From positions 387,684 through 451,683 of the forward strand of contig JBAZUR010000001.1 of the NCBI GenBank assembly GCA_041661305.1: a stretch of 64,000 nucleotides of DNA, written 5' to 3'. The translations under genes and the position numbers were made by a program. Below, one piece after another: positions 26,146-37,151 of the stretch. The DNA is from Minisyncoccota bacterium (lineage in GTDB: Bacteria; Patescibacteriota; Minisyncoccia; Phycocordibacterales; VMEP01). Positions within the stretch are counted from its first letter, which is position 1; the number at the start of each line of letters is the position of its first letter. The notes under the pieces were generated by a model. It saw only the letters and a list, made by a program, of their open reading frames with translations. It had not been told where the DNA came from and did not search any database.

Positions 26146-27108
26146 ATGGTTATGAAAAAGACTTCTAAAATTTATGTGGCTGGACACAATGGACTTGTCG
26201 GTTCGGCAATTGTAAGGCTCCTAAATAAAAAAGGTTATAAAAACATTGTTCTTAGGACCAGAGCAGAACTTGATTTAACTAATCAGAAAAAAGTCGCTGA
26301 TTTTTTCAAAAAAGAAAAACCAGAATATGTATTCTTGGCTGCGGCAAAAGTCGGTGGAATTGTGGCGAACCAAAATATGCCAGCATCCTTCATCCATGAA
26401 AATTTATCTGTACAAAATAATATTATTGATAGCGCTTATCGTGCCAATGTAAAAAAACTTCTTTTTCTTGGAAGTTCTTGCATATACCCAAAACTCGCCC
26501 CACAACCAATTAAAGAGGCTTATCTAATGACAGGACCACTTGAGCCAACAAATTGTAATTACGCCGTTGCTAAAATTGCAGGAATTTTTATGTGCCAAGC
26601 ATACAATAAGCAATACGGCACAAACTTTATTTCGGTCATGCCAACAAATCTCTATGGGCCAAACGATAATTTTGATCCAGTAAATTCACATGTTCTCCCT
26701 GCGCTTATAAAAAGATTTCATGAAGCAAAGGAATCAAAAGCTAAAGAAATAACCATGTGGGGAACAGGATCCCCAAAAAGAGAGTTCTTGCATGTTGATG
26801 ATTTAGCTGATGCTTGTTTATTCCTTATGCAAAATTACAACGAATCAGAGATAGTAAATATAGGCACAGGTGTCGATCTTTCAATAAAATCTTTAACAGA
26901 GAAAGCAAAAAAAATAATAGGTTTTAGTGGAAAAATAATTTGGGACAAAACAAAACCAGATGGTACCCCAAGAAAACTTCTTAATGTTTCCAAGCTACAT
27001 AAACTCGGATGGAAACACAAAATAGATTTAGACACAGGAATCAAAAAAACGTATGAATGGTATAGGGATAACGAGAAAGTTAAAGACAGAAAATTAACAA
27101 GAGAATAA
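26146..27108 (+). CDS. fcl: GDP-L-fucose synthase (GDP-4-keto-6-deoxymannose 3,5-epimerase/4-reductase)
   Basis: [19 protein letters not shown], and 320 aa length. Confidence 0.85.
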   Translation: MVMKKTSKIYVAGHNGLVGSAIVRLLNKKGYKNIVLRTRAELDLTNQKKVADFFKKEKPEYVFLAAAKVGGIVANQNMPASFIHENLSVQNNIIDSAYRANVKKLLFLGSSCIYPKLAPQPIKEAYLMTGPLEPTNCNYAVAKIAGIFMCQAYNKQYGTNFISVMPTNLYGPNDNFDPVNSHVLPALIKRFHEAKESKAKEITMWGTGSPKREFLHVDDLADACLFLMQNYNESEIVNIGTGVDLSIKSLTEKAKKIIGFSGKIIWDKTKPDGTPRKLLNVSKLHKLGWKHKIDLDTGIKKTYEWYRDNEKVKDRKLTRE

Positions 27109-27111
27109 AAA

Positions 27112-27933
27112 ATGACAAAGGTAACAATTATTAAACCAAAAAAAGTTCTCAGCCTGAGAGATTTTAAAGAACTTTGGGATTACAAAGAGCTCTTGTATTT
27201 TTTTGTATGGCGTGATTTCAAGGTACGCTATAAACAAACCATTATTGGGGTTGGTTGGGCAATATTCCAACCATTTATGACAATGGTCGTTTTCAGTATT
27301 TTTTTTGGAACTCTCTTAAAAATACCTTCTGATAACGTGCCGTATCCAATCTTTGTTTATACAGGACTTCTTTTTTGGCAATTTTTCTCTAGCGCTCTTT
27401 CAGAAACAAGTAGTGTGTTAATTAGTAATCAGGCAATTATAACTAAAGTGTATTTTCCACGACTAATTCTCCCATTATCATCTGTTGCGACAAAACTTGT
27501 TGATTTCGCAATAGCTTCGGTAATTCTTGCAGGAATGATGGTTTATTATGGATATGCCCCACATCTTACGGGATTATTTATCCTCCCCCTCTTACTTGCA
27601 ATCACCTTTATGGCATCTGTTGGTGGTGGATTATTTTTAGCAGCAATAAATGTTAAATATCGCGATGTTCGATATATTCTCCCATTCTTTATTCAGATAT
27701 TAATGTTCCTTACTCCGGTAATTTACCCAGCGAGTATAGCAGGAAAATATTCTTGGATTCTAGCCCTTAACCCAATGATGGGTGTGATTCAATCAGCCCG
27801 AGCAAGTCTCTTGGGAACTGCTCCAATCAACTGGACACTTATTGCGATATCTTTTACCGCCTGCGCAGTACTACTCGCAATTGGTACTATTTATTTCAAA
27901 AAAGTAGAGCGCTATTTTGCAGACATAGCATAA
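27112..27933 (+). CDS. wzm: ABC-2 type polysaccharide export permease (Wzm/TagG-like)
   Basis: Six TM segments, the ABC-2 family pattern (FKVRYKQTIIGVGWAIFQP), and a position directly upstream of the ATPase. Confidence 0.8.
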   Translation: MTKVTIIKPKKVLSLRDFKELWDYKELLYFFVWRDFKVRYKQTIIGVGWAIFQPFMTMVVFSIFFGTLLKIPSDNVPYPIFVYTGLLFWQFFSSALSETSSVLISNQAIITKVYFPRLILPLSSVATKLVDFAIASVILAGMMVYYGYAPHLTGLFILPLLLAITFMASVGGGLFLAAINVKYRDVRYILPFFIQILMFLTPVIYPASIAGKYSWILALNPMMGVIQSARASLLGTAPINWTLIAISFTACAVLLAIGTIYFKKVERYFADIA

Positions 27934-27937
27934 AAAT

Positions 27938-29200
27938 ATGAACAACATTATAGAAGTAAAAAATTTAGGAAAAAAATACACGATTAACCATCACCGTGGA
28001 AGTTATGTAGCACTCCGAGATATCCTCACTGCTATTATGAAGAGTCCATTTAAGTTCCTAAAAAAGAAAGCAAAGGAAATAGCTGGTATCGACACAAAAG
28101 AAGATTTTTGGGCACTTAAAGACGTCAGCTTTAATATTGAGCCAGGAGAAGTGGTTGGGGTAATTGGAAGAAATGGCGCCGGCAAATCGACCCTCCTGAA
28201 AATACTTACAGGAATAACACCACCAACAACTGGTGAAATCAGAATGAAAGGGAAAGTTGCTTCCCTGCTTGAGGTTGGAACCGGTTTCCACCCAGAGCTT
28301 ACGGGTAGAGAAAATATTTTTCTAAACGGCGCCATCCTAGGAATGACAAAAAAAGAAATCGTTGAAAAATTTGACGAAATTGTCGCCTTTGCAGGTATTG
28401 ATAAATTCCTCGATACGCCCGTTAAGTACTATTCTAGTGGAATGTACGTACGTCTCGCATTTTCTGTTGCAGCACACATGGAACCAGACATACTTTTAGT
28501 TGACGAGGTACTTGCTGTTGGTGACGCAGAATTCCAAAAAAAATGTCTTGGTAAGATGGAAGAGGTTACAAAAAAATCCGGAAGAACGATTCTCTTTGTG
28601 AGTCATAACATGGCTGCAATCCAGAGTTTATGCAAAAAATGTATTCTCCTTGAAAAAGGAACAGTAAAAATGGTTGGGGAAACAAAAGAGGTTGTGACAC
28701 ACTATCTTAATGATAAAAGTGGAAACACAACATCGATAAGTCTTACGGACAAAAACATAGGTAATGACATTGCAAAACTTCTTGGGGCAAGAATGGTGTA
28801 CAAAACGGGAGAGGAGGCCACATTTGTTTTTTCCGACAAAGAGGTTGGTGTAGAAATGGATTTTGAAGTATTACAAAGCAATCAAAACTTAGTTCCTAAC
28901 ATACATATCTTCACGAGAGCTGGTGAGTATGCTTTTATTAGCCATTCTGACTTAGATGTAAAATTAAACAACACTGGGAAACATCGTGCTACTGCTTGGA
29001 TACCTGCAAACTTACTAAACGAAGGAACATACATAGTCGGAATCGCTCTCTCAACAATGATTCCTCTTAAGGTGCATTTTTATGCTCAAGAAGCTTTAGT
29101 TTTCCAGGTTATGACAAATCTTGACACCGCAAAAAAGAATGATTTTAACCAACGTATACCTGGAGTAGTACGCCCTAAATTAAACTGGAATATTAAATAA
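27938..29200 (+). CDS. wzt: ABC transporter ATP-binding protein Wzt/TagH-like with C-terminal carbohydrate-binding domain
   Basis: Walker A GRNGAGKST, signature YSSGM, Walker B LLVDEVLAVGD, and an extra C-terminal domain of about 170 aa. Confidence 0.85.
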   Translation: MNNIIEVKNLGKKYTINHHRGSYVALRDILTAIMKSPFKFLKKKAKEIAGIDTKEDFWALKDVSFNIEPGEVVGVIGRNGAGKSTLLKILTGITPPTTGEIRMKGKVASLLEVGTGFHPELTGRENIFLNGAILGMTKKEIVEKFDEIVAFAGIDKFLDTPVKYYSSGMYVRLAFSVAAHMEPDILLVDEVLAVGDAEFQKKCLGKMEEVTKKSGRTILFVSHNMAAIQSLCKKCILLEKGTVKMVGETKEVVTHYLNDKSGNTTSISLTDKNIGNDIAKLLGARMVYKTGEEATFVFSDKEVGVEMDFEVLQSNQNLVPNIHIFTRAGEYAFISHSDLDVKLNNTGKHRATAWIPANLLNEGTYIVGIALSTMIPLKVHFYAQEALVFQVMTNLDTAKKNDFNQRIPGVVRPKLNWNIK

Positions 29201-29204
29201 TAAT

Positions 29205-29867
29205 ATGAAGATAATAAAAAATTATTATTATTTAATCAGAAATAAAATCCTAAAACATTTTATAGGAGCATATAACATTTGGGATATATATGGTGGGCAT
29301 TTTAAGGTAACTTATCGAGGCATACCGACACTTAAATGTCCCTTTGATTATGTAATGTACCAAATGATAATATCTGAACTTAAGCCAGACCTTGTTATTG
29401 AAATTGGAACCAATTTTGGTGGAACATCTCTATATATTGCCGATTTAATGGAGGCAATAGGGCATGGTGAAGTCCACACAATAGACATAGAAGATCGTAC
29501 AGAAAAAACATTAAAACAACATCCACGCATAAAACTATTTACAAATGGCTGGAAAAATTACGATCTGGAAAATACCAGTAAATTCTTAAAAATAATAGTT
29601 ATCGACGATGCTTCACATATATACGAAGACACACTAGAGACAATAAAAACTTTCTCTAAAATAATACCAGTGGGATCATACTTAATAATTGAGGATGGAA
29701 TTGTAACTAGACTCAAAAGAGCTAAGTTGCTTAATGGCGGACCACTACGAGCAATTGAAGATTTTATGAAAACAAATGACTGTTTCGTAGTTGATAATAA
29801 ATATTGCAATATGTTTGGAGAAGATACAACTTTTAATACCAAGGGGTATCTTAAAAGAATAAAATAA
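29205..29867 (+). CDS. CmcI/cephalosporin-hydroxylase-family SAM-dependent O-methyltransferase (rhamnosyl O-methyltransferase-like)
   Basis: WDIYGG...KPDLVIEIGTNFGGTSLYIADL...IVIDDASH is typical of PF04989. Confidence 0.7.
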   Translation: MKIIKNYYYLIRNKILKHFIGAYNIWDIYGGHFKVTYRGIPTLKCPFDYVMYQMIISELKPDLVIEIGTNFGGTSLYIADLMEAIGHGEVHTIDIEDRTEKTLKQHPRIKLFTNGWKNYDLENTSKFLKIIVIDDASHIYEDTLETIKTFSKIIPVGSYLIIEDGIVTRLKRAKLLNGGPLRAIEDFMKTNDCFVVDNKYCNMFGEDTTFNTKGYLKRIK

Positions 29868-30776
29868 ATGACTAAAGTATTTATAGGAATGCCTGTATAC
29901 AACGGGGAACGCTTTCTAAAAGAAGCACTGGATTCTTTACGTGAGCAAACATTCACTGATTGGGAAATTTTTATTTCTGATGATGCTTCAAAAGACAACA
30001 CTGCAACAATATGTAATGATTTTGCAAAAAAAGATTCCCGGATTTCATACTTTAAGCAAAAAGAAAATATTGGGATGTTTGCAAACTACAAATTTGTCAT
30101 GGATAAAGCAAATGCGGAATACTTTATGTGGGCGGCGCAAGACGATTTGTGGGAAAAGGAATATCTGGAAACATGCATAGAACATTTTAACAAGAACAAA
30201 AACCTTGGACTTGTTACAACCTGTACGATAGCAATCGACTCCTTTGGTCGTACATTAATGAAGGCTCACTGGATGAAAAACCTCTCTGGTAATCCAGGGC
30301 ATTTACAGGTCTCTAAATATGTTTTTCAACCAGAAATACTTGGTAAGTGTAATTTAATGTACTCACTCTTTAAAACAGAAGCTGTAAAAAGTACCTGGAA
30401 TGCATACCCACAAAGAAATGTTTGGGGGCAAGACTACATGTTTAGCTTAGCTGCGATTAGCAGGTTTGGTGTTATTGTTGATGAAAAAACGTTATTTAAA
30501 AAAAGGCTTGGTGGAGCATCTAGTCCACAGTTATCTATAAAAAAAAGCGATGAAGTAGTAACCGCAATGAACTTTAAGAACCCTAAAAATCACATGTTCC
30601 CTTTTGGTCGATTTCAATCATATCTTAACGGGCACATAGAGGCCGTAGATAAAACCACGTACAAACTATTAGTTGCCACCATTCTTTTTATCCGCCTACC
30701 ACGAGCACTTATCATTCATATTAAAGAAAGGAGTATCAAAAACTATATTCAGAGATTAATAAAAAAATTATTATGA
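29868..30776 (+). CDS. Glycosyltransferase family 2
   Basis: GMPVYNGERFLKEALDSLREQTFTDWEIFISDDASKDNT (GT2 DXD region). Confidence 0.8.
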   Translation: MTKVFIGMPVYNGERFLKEALDSLREQTFTDWEIFISDDASKDNTATICNDFAKKDSRISYFKQKENIGMFANYKFVMDKANAEYFMWAAQDDLWEKEYLETCIEHFNKNKNLGLVTTCTIAIDSFGRTLMKAHWMKNLSGNPGHLQVSKYVFQPEILGKCNLMYSLFKTEAVKSTWNAYPQRNVWGQDYMFSLAAISRFGVIVDEKTLFKKRLGGASSPQLSIKKSDEVVTAMNFKNPKNHMFPFGRFQSYLNGHIEAVDKTTYKLLVATILFIRLPRALIIHIKERSIKNYIQRLIKKLL

Positions 30777-31663
30777 AAAAAATAGTAGTAAAACTTAATG
30801 GTGGTCTATGCAACCAAATATTTCAATATGCTTTTGCGCGCGCATTATCGGACAGAAAAAAAGTTGGGTTTTCTTTAGACATAACACCTTTCTCTACTTA
30901 TTACACAGCTGATCCATATGGATTATCAAAGTTTAATATTAAAGAAAATATTGCAAAAAATTCAGGTCTGTTTGGTTTTATTTGGCTAAGAAAACATAAT
31001 TCATTTTTCAATTTTATATACCACCGTCTAAGACTAAAAAATATAATAAAGTTTTGGTATTACCAAGAAAAATCTTTCAGATACGACCCTGAAACATTCA
31101 CGTCTAAAGCTTCTTATTATGAAGGTTTTTGGCAAACAGAAAAATATTTTAAAAATATTGAAGGCGACATAAGGAAAGAGATAACATTAAGGGCGCCACT
31201 TTCGCCACACAGTAAAGATATATTAAAAAAGATTGAAGAAACTACCGCTATATCAATTCATGTTCGTAGATATGCGTCAGAACACATTACACCTTGGCAT
31301 GGTTTCTGCTCAGAAGAATATTATCTGAGTGCTATCAAAAAAATACTAACATCTTCACACAATCCACATTTTTTTATTTTCTCTGACAATTATAACTGGG
31401 TCTTGGAAAACTTTGTACCAAAACTAAAATCATTAAACATTCAATTCACCTTAGTAAACAACGATAACGATAAAAACGCCGAGGATTTAATACTAATGTC
31501 AAAATGCAAACATCATATTATCGCTAACAGTAGCTTTAGTTGGTGGGGTGCATGGCTTAACCCAAATAAAGAAAAAATTGTTATTGCCCCAAAAAAATGG
31601 TTCGCCCATGCCCCAAAAAACGATACGAGCGACCTAATCCCCGAAGAGTGGATAAGGATGTAA
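30773..31663 (+). CDS. Alpha-1,2-fucosyltransferase (GT11)
   Basis: N-terminal LNGGLCNQIFQYAFARAL (GT11 motif I), and ISIHVRRY..., in a GDP-fucose context. Confidence 0.8.
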   Translation: MKKIVVKLNGGLCNQIFQYAFARALSDRKKVGFSLDITPFSTYYTADPYGLSKFNIKENIAKNSGLFGFIWLRKHNSFFNFIYHRLRLKNIIKFWYYQEKSFRYDPETFTSKASYYEGFWQTEKYFKNIEGDIRKEITLRAPLSPHSKDILKKIEETTAISIHVRRYASEHITPWHGFCSEEYYLSAIKKILTSSHNPHFFIFSDNYNWVLENFVPKLKSLNIQFTLVNNDNDKNAEDLILMSKCKHHIIANSSFSWWGAWLNPNKEKIVIAPKKWFAHAPKNDTSDLIPEEWIRM

Positions 31664-31667
31664 TTCC

Positions 31668-32678
31668 CTATCCTAAAATATATTTGTCTTTATGTTTTTT
31701 ATAATACTCAAACATTTTGGTTAGTCCATCCTCAAGGCTTGTTTTGGGCTTCCATCCGGTATCTTTGTAAAATTTAGACATATCATTTTCAAAGTTACCT
31801 GTTTCTTCATTTTTATAGTTTTCTGGCCAAGAAACATGTTCTATATTCCCAGATCCCACAATTCGCACAATAAGCTCAACCATTTCTTTAAGCTCAACCG
31901 ATTTCCCAACTCCACAGTTATACAACTCACCATTGGTGGTTTGGTTTATGCCAGCCTGAAGTAGCGCCTCCACCAAATCACTTATGTGTATGTAGTCGCG
32001 TTTTTGGGTACCATCACCAAAAATATTTATAGTCTTCCCCTCCATTGCAAGTCGCATGAACCACCCCGGTACAGAATATTTACTATGTTTTATTTGTTGA
32101 CGTTCACCATATGGATTAGTTATACGAAGAACAACTGTATTTAATCCATAGTTTTTATTATACAGAAAAGAATATTTTTCATTTGTAAGTTTATGTGCAC
32201 CATATAGGTTGAGAGGATTTGCTGGATGATTTTCCGTTACGGGATTTTCTGTAATTTTTCCTAACGCCAAACGAGAACTTGGAAATACTATCTTTGCTTC
32301 TTTGTTTAATTTTCGACACGACTCTAATATGGTCAAGTAACCTTTGCAATTTATCTCAAGATCATCAAAAGGGATATTTCCGCTATCAATAGGACTTACT
32401 TGGGCGGCTAAATTAAAAATAAAATCTTTACCAAGAACGAGTTTCTCTATTAGTTCTTGATCTCTAATATCCCCCATTACCAACAACACTTTATCTTCGA
32501 TTCCATTTATATTAAAAATATTTCCACCGTAAAGAGGTGCCAAATTATCTAATATCGTAACTTTTGCTCCAAGGAAAACAAGCTGATGTGCCAAGTTGCT
32601 CCCAATAAACCCTAAACCACCAGTTATTAAGACCTCCTTCCCTTTATATTTTTTTGTGATATTTTCTTCATCGTTCAT
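31668..32678 (-). CDS. NAD-dependent epimerase/dehydratase (extended SDR)
   Basis: VLITGGLGFIGSNLAHQL, and the YxxxK region. Confidence 0.75.
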   Translation of the reverse strand: MNDEENITKKYKGKEVLITGGLGFIGSNLAHQLVFLGAKVTILDNLAPLYGGNIFNINGIEDKVLLVMGDIRDQELIEKLVLGKDFIFNLAAQVSPIDSGNIPFDDLEINCKGYLTILESCRKLNKEAKIVFPSSRLALGKITENPVTENHPANPLNLYGAHKLTNEKYSFLYNKNYGLNTVVLRITNPYGERQQIKHSKYSVPGWFMRLAMEGKTINIFGDGTQKRDYIHISDLVEALLQAGINQTTNGELYNCGVGKSVELKEMVELIVRIVGSGNIEHVSWPENYKNEETGNFENDMSKFYKDTGWKPKTSLEDGLTKMFEYYKKHKDKYILG

Positions 32679-33199
32679 AATAATTTATATTGCTCATCTC
32701 TCTCAGAAACAATTGGATTTGAAATTGGCCATGCTATATCTACTTTTGGATCATTCCATAATATTCCTCTTTCGTGCTCAGAAGAATATTCAGAAGTACA
32801 TTTATAAATAACTTCGGCACTATCACCCAAGACGACAAACCCATGAGCAAAACCTTCTGGTATATAAAGTTCGTGATGATTTTCTTCAGACAAAATAGCA
32901 CCCACCCAAGAGTACTTTGTTTTAGAGCCATCTCTTATGTCAACAGCAACATCAAATATTTCTCCTTTAACACAACGTACTAATTTACCCTGTGCCATTG
33001 GGCTTTCTTGGTAATGTAGCCCCCTAAGAATACCTTTTGTTGAAAAAGACTGATTTTCTTGTACAAAAGATGGAATACCGTTTTCTTTAAAAATACTTTC
33101 TTTGTGTGTTTCCATAAAAAAACCCCTGTCGTCTTTTAAAACCACTGGTTCTATTAATATAACCTCAGGAATCTCTAGTTTTTTAAACACAAAAGGCAT
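32675..33199 (-). CDS. dTDP-4-dehydrorhamnose 3,5-epimerase-like cupin (RmlC family)
   Basis: PEVILIEPVVLKDDRGFFMETH...RGLHYQ are conserved RmlC motifs. Confidence 0.75.
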   Translation of the reverse strand: MPFVFKKLEIPEVILIEPVVLKDDRGFFMETHKESIFKENGIPSFVQENQSFSTKGILRGLHYQESPMAQGKLVRCVKGEIFDVAVDIRDGSKTKYSWVGAILSEENHHELYIPEGFAHGFVVLGDSAEVIYKCTSEYSSEHERGILWNDPKVDIAWPISNPIVSERDEQYKLL

Positions 33200-33386
33200 A
33201 ATGAAACCATATATTATAATAAAATACGAAGAAATGGAATCTATAACAAACCAGATAACAGCAGGGTTCCCAAGTATGACTTTTCAATGTATCGTAAGTA
33301 AACGTAGACAGGGTTAAACACCAAAAACAAAAAAATAAGAATGTAAGAATAGTTATTACCATTTTAATTTATTATCTTAAAAAACC

Positions 33387-35159
33387 ATGTGCGGAATAAT
33401 AACTATTGTCGAAAATAGCAAAAACAACACAAAAAGCGCAAATATAGGCGAAATGCTTTTTTCTCTTTCAAAAAGGGGGCCAGACGAAAAAGGTTCTATA
33501 AATATAGAGAACACTACACTAGGACAAACACGCCTTTCTGTGGTGGATATCAATGGCGGGCATCAACCGATGCGTGACAACTCAAAACAACTCACAATCG
33601 TTTTTAATGGAGAAATTTATGATTACAAAGAGCTCACAAAAACCCTTAAAGAAAAAGGTCACATTTTTTCCACAAACTCTGACACTGAAGTGATTCTCAA
33701 GGCGTACATAGAATATGGGATTGATTGTCCAAAATATCTAGACGGAATGTTTGCCTTTGCAATCTGGGATGATGAAAAAAAAGAACTTTTTATTGCACGA
33801 GATAGATTTGGCAAAAAACCATTTTACTATACATGGATTAACGACATGTTCTTGGGCTCTTCAGAAATTAAGGCGCTTTTCGCTAGCGGGTTGGTTAAGG
33901 GAAAAGTTGACCCTATAGCAATTGATAACTACCTCCAACTTTCATACATACCACCATGGAAAACAGTGTACTCAAACATTCACACACTCCAACCAGCGCA
34001 TGCGTGTATTGTAAAAAATGGGAAGATTAAAAACTGGCAATACTGGCAACTAAAAAATAATCCTAGTGAAATATCGTATGAAGAAGCAAAAAAAATAATA
34101 AAGGATCTACTTAATAATGCTGTAAAAAAACGCACAGTAGCTGATGTTGAGATAGGTAGCTTACTTTCTGGTGGTGTTGACTCAACCATCATAACTGCAT
34201 ATACGCAGAAATATACCAAACAACAAGTAAAAACATTCTCTGTTGGGTATGAAGGGTATATCAATGAACTTCCGTTCGCAAAGCAAGCATCAGAAAAAAT
34301 AGGAACAGAGCACTACACACTACAAACAAAGAGTGAGTTAATTAATGAATTAGAGAAAGTTGTGGATTATTTAGATGAACCACATGCTGATTCTTCAAAT
34401 CTTTCTCAGTATTTGATATCGGGCCTTGCGTCATCGAAAGTTAAGGTAGTGATGTCCGGTGATGGGGCCGATGAATTGTTTATGGGATACGGTTGGTACT
34501 GGAAATACTGGAATACTAATAAACTTATTCGTCTAAAGAATTTCTTTTTCTCAAATCAATTCAAGGAATACTTAAAACACACTGCTATTTTTTCTAAAAA
34601 AGACCGCCTAAATTTATTGATAGATAAATCACTACTAAGTGATGATATTGAAAAAAAATGTACTAATAAAAACACGTGGCTCAATAGGACAAAACAAATA
34701 AATATATTCGATTTGACTACTTATCTACCAGGGCAACTTCTTGTGAAAATAGATCGGATGAGCATGGTGCACGGACTTGAAGTCCGCTCCCCTTTTTTAG
34801 ATTACAAGTTGGCGGAATTTGTCTACAATTTACCGACTGAATTCAAGATGAATAAAAATGGTGGCAAAATAATTTTAAAAGATATTCTTTTAGAAATTAT
34901 GCCAAAAGAATTTGTATACAGGAGAAAACAAGGTTTCGGTGCGCCGGTTAAAGAGTGGCTTCAAACAGAAAGTGTTAAAAGTTTTATCAAAAAAACACTA
35001 AGTGAAGATACTCAGTTGTATAAATTTTTAAAAAAAGAAGAAGTATTAAATATATTTGACACTTCTTACAAAAAAAATGATGATAAAGCTCAATATAAAC
35101 TTTGGTCAATATTTTGCTTAGCACTATGGTTTAAACATCACCAAAAATATCATGAGTAA
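33387..35159 (+). CDS. Asparagine synthase (glutamine-hydrolysing) family amidotransferase (AsnB/WbpS-like)
   Basis: N-terminal MCGI (Cys2 nucleophile), and the SGGVDS PP-loop. Confidence 0.85.
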   Translation: MCGIITIVENSKNNTKSANIGEMLFSLSKRGPDEKGSINIENTTLGQTRLSVVDINGGHQPMRDNSKQLTIVFNGEIYDYKELTKTLKEKGHIFSTNSDTEVILKAYIEYGIDCPKYLDGMFAFAIWDDEKKELFIARDRFGKKPFYYTWINDMFLGSSEIKALFASGLVKGKVDPIAIDNYLQLSYIPPWKTVYSNIHTLQPAHACIVKNGKIKNWQYWQLKNNPSEISYEEAKKIIKDLLNNAVKKRTVADVEIGSLLSGGVDSTIITAYTQKYTKQQVKTFSVGYEGYINELPFAKQASEKIGTEHYTLQTKSELINELEKVVDYLDEPHADSSNLSQYLISGLASSKVKVVMSGDGADELFMGYGWYWKYWNTNKLIRLKNFFFSNQFKEYLKHTAIFSKKDRLNLLIDKSLLSDDIEKKCTNKNTWLNRTKQINIFDLTTYLPGQLLVKIDRMSMVHGLEVRSPFLDYKLAEFVYNLPTEFKMNKNGGKIILKDILLEIMPKEFVYRRKQGFGAPVKEWLQTESVKSFIKKTLSEDTQLYKFLKKEEVLNIFDTSYKKNDDKAQYKLWSIFCLALWFKHHQKYHE

Positions 35160-36303
35160 GGTAAAAGCCATTTACTGGGCGTACAGAAATAAAATAACAA
35201 ATAAATTTTTAGGAGTTGTTCATATGCCAGCTTTGGGAAAAAAGAAGGGAGATGTATTAATCTCGTACATTACCGAGCCATTCACCAACGCGCCTTGGGA
35301 ACCTCTTTCGAACTACCACACGATGTACTGGGAGTGTTATGAACTAGCAAGAATTTTAAGCGAAAAAGGATATTCTTCTGACATAATAGATTCAAAGAAC
35401 ACCGAATTCACTCCCCGAAAACCGTATAAGATCTGTATAGATTCTGAAAAAAACCTGGAGAGATTTCTTCCCTATCTCCCAAAAGACTGTAAAAAAGTTT
35501 TTTTTGAATTCATGTCTGATTGGAAAGCTTACAATGAAGCTGAGGAATCAAGACTTTTGGCGCTAGAAAAAAGGCGTGGAGTTAGAATGATTCCAAGAAG
35601 AAAGTTGGATCCATCAAAAAATGGAGAACTTGCAGACTACATAATAGGGTTTGGAAATAAGACAATATTCAAAACATTTGAAAAGTATAATAAACCTGTA
35701 ATACATATCCCGATATCTTCAGTAAAAGAATTTGATTATCCTGAAAATAAAGATTTTAGTGAATCAATGAAAAATTTTGTATGGATGGGTGGTGGCGGAG
35801 CGGTCCTAAAGGGGCTTGATATAACACTTGAGGCGTTCAGTAAAATGCCTGAATTTAACCTTCACGTACTTGGGCCAGCTTCCGCTGAAAAAGATTTTAC
35901 AGAAGAGTACAAAAAAGAACTTTATGAAACTCCTAATATTAATTATTACGGGAGAGTTGATGTTACTGGAGAAAAATTCAAGGGTATCATTGATAAATGC
36001 TCGGCAGTCGTATATCCGTCAGGAGCGGAAGGAACATCTGGAACAATAGTCCTTGCGATGCATGCGGGATTAATTCCTATAATTTCCCCCGAAACTGGGG
36101 TTGATGAAGCTTCTGGATATATTCCACTAGAAAACCCAACACCAGAATCAATAATTGAAACAATAACTAAATTTTCAAAAATAACAGAAGTTGAAGCTAA
36201 AAAGATTTCAAAAAAAACCTGGGAATATACTAGAAATCATTACACAAGAAAAGCTCATACTGATGCATGTAAAAAATTCATAGAAAAAGAATTAAAAATA
36301 TGA
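35152..36303 (+). CDS. Putative glycosyltransferase (GT4-like C-terminal half)
   Basis: VYPSGAEGTSGTIVLAMHAGLIPIISPETG resembles the GT-B EX7E region. The N-terminal half is divergent. Confidence 0.45.
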   Translation: MSKVKAIYWAYRNKITNKFLGVVHMPALGKKKGDVLISYITEPFTNAPWEPLSNYHTMYWECYELARILSEKGYSSDIIDSKNTEFTPRKPYKICIDSEKNLERFLPYLPKDCKKVFFEFMSDWKAYNEAEESRLLALEKRRGVRMIPRRKLDPSKNGELADYIIGFGNKTIFKTFEKYNKPVIHIPISSVKEFDYPENKDFSESMKNFVWMGGGGAVLKGLDITLEAFSKMPEFNLHVLGPASAEKDFTEEYKKELYETPNINYYGRVDVTGEKFKGIIDKCSAVVYPSGAEGTSGTIVLAMHAGLIPIISPETGVDEASGYIPLENPTPESIIETITKFSKITEVEAKKISKKTWEYTRNHYTRKAHTDACKKFIEKELKI

Positions 36304-37145
36304 ATAATCCACTAATCAGTGTAATAATCCCAGTTTACAATTGTGAAAAAACAATTTCTATCGCTCTTGAGTCTATAATTAATCAAACTTATAAAAACTT
36401 AGAAATAATCGTAGTTAATGACGCAAGTACCGATAATACAAAAAAAATAGTTGAAGAAATATCCAAAAAGGATACTAGAATAAAAGTTGTAGATAGTGAA
36501 AGTGATCCAAATCGCTTTGATAAAAAACTAAATCGTAACGTAAATGCGGGATATTCAGCAAGAAATACTGGCTTTAAATACGCAAAGGGAGCGTTAATAA
36601 CATTTCAAGATGCAGACGATGCATCGTTTTTAAACAGAATTGAAATTCAATTTAATTTATTAGAGAAATATAATTCTACCCACCTTACGCTTGATTGGAT
36701 TAATTTTGATGAAAAGTATTTAAACAAAAAATTATTATCAGAAAAATTTCTAAATAATTTAAAAATTCTATCCCCTAATGATCTTTACCTCATGTCCCAA
36801 AGATCAAAAGGATTTGTGGCAAGAATTTCTACATCGTTAAATAAAATTACCCCATTCCACCTAAAAAGACTCCGAATAATACACAGATTATTTTTTGGGT
36901 CATACGAAAACTATCCTGGAGCTGGGAACTCCCCTCTTTTTAAGCGAGAAGTTACTGAAAAAGTAAAATTTAGAAACTTAAAAGAGCGGACTTGGCCGTC
37001 CTTTATGGGCCGTGGTGCTGATAAAGATTTTAATTTCCAAGTCGCTGAAACATTTAAAAATAGTCATGTCTGTTTTATTCCCCTTTATATGTGGAGGGTG
37101 GAGAAAAAAACTGAAAACTATGAGGGGGAGATATTTACAGAATAA
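36300..37145 (+). CDS. Glycosyltransferase family 2
   Basis: ISVIIPVYNCEKTISIALESIINQTYKNLEIIVVNDASTDNT. Confidence 0.8.
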   Translation: MNNPLISVIIPVYNCEKTISIALESIINQTYKNLEIIVVNDASTDNTKKIVEEISKKDTRIKVVDSESDPNRFDKKLNRNVNAGYSARNTGFKYAKGALITFQDADDASFLNRIEIQFNLLEKYNSTHLTLDWINFDEKYLNKKLLSEKFLNNLKILSPNDLYLMSQRSKGFVARISTSLNKITPFHLKRLRIIHRLFFGSYENYPGAGNSPLFKREVTEKVKFRNLKERTWPSFMGRGADKDFNFQVAETFKNSHVCFIPLYMWRVEKKTENYEGEIFTE

Positions 37146-37151
37146 AAACTT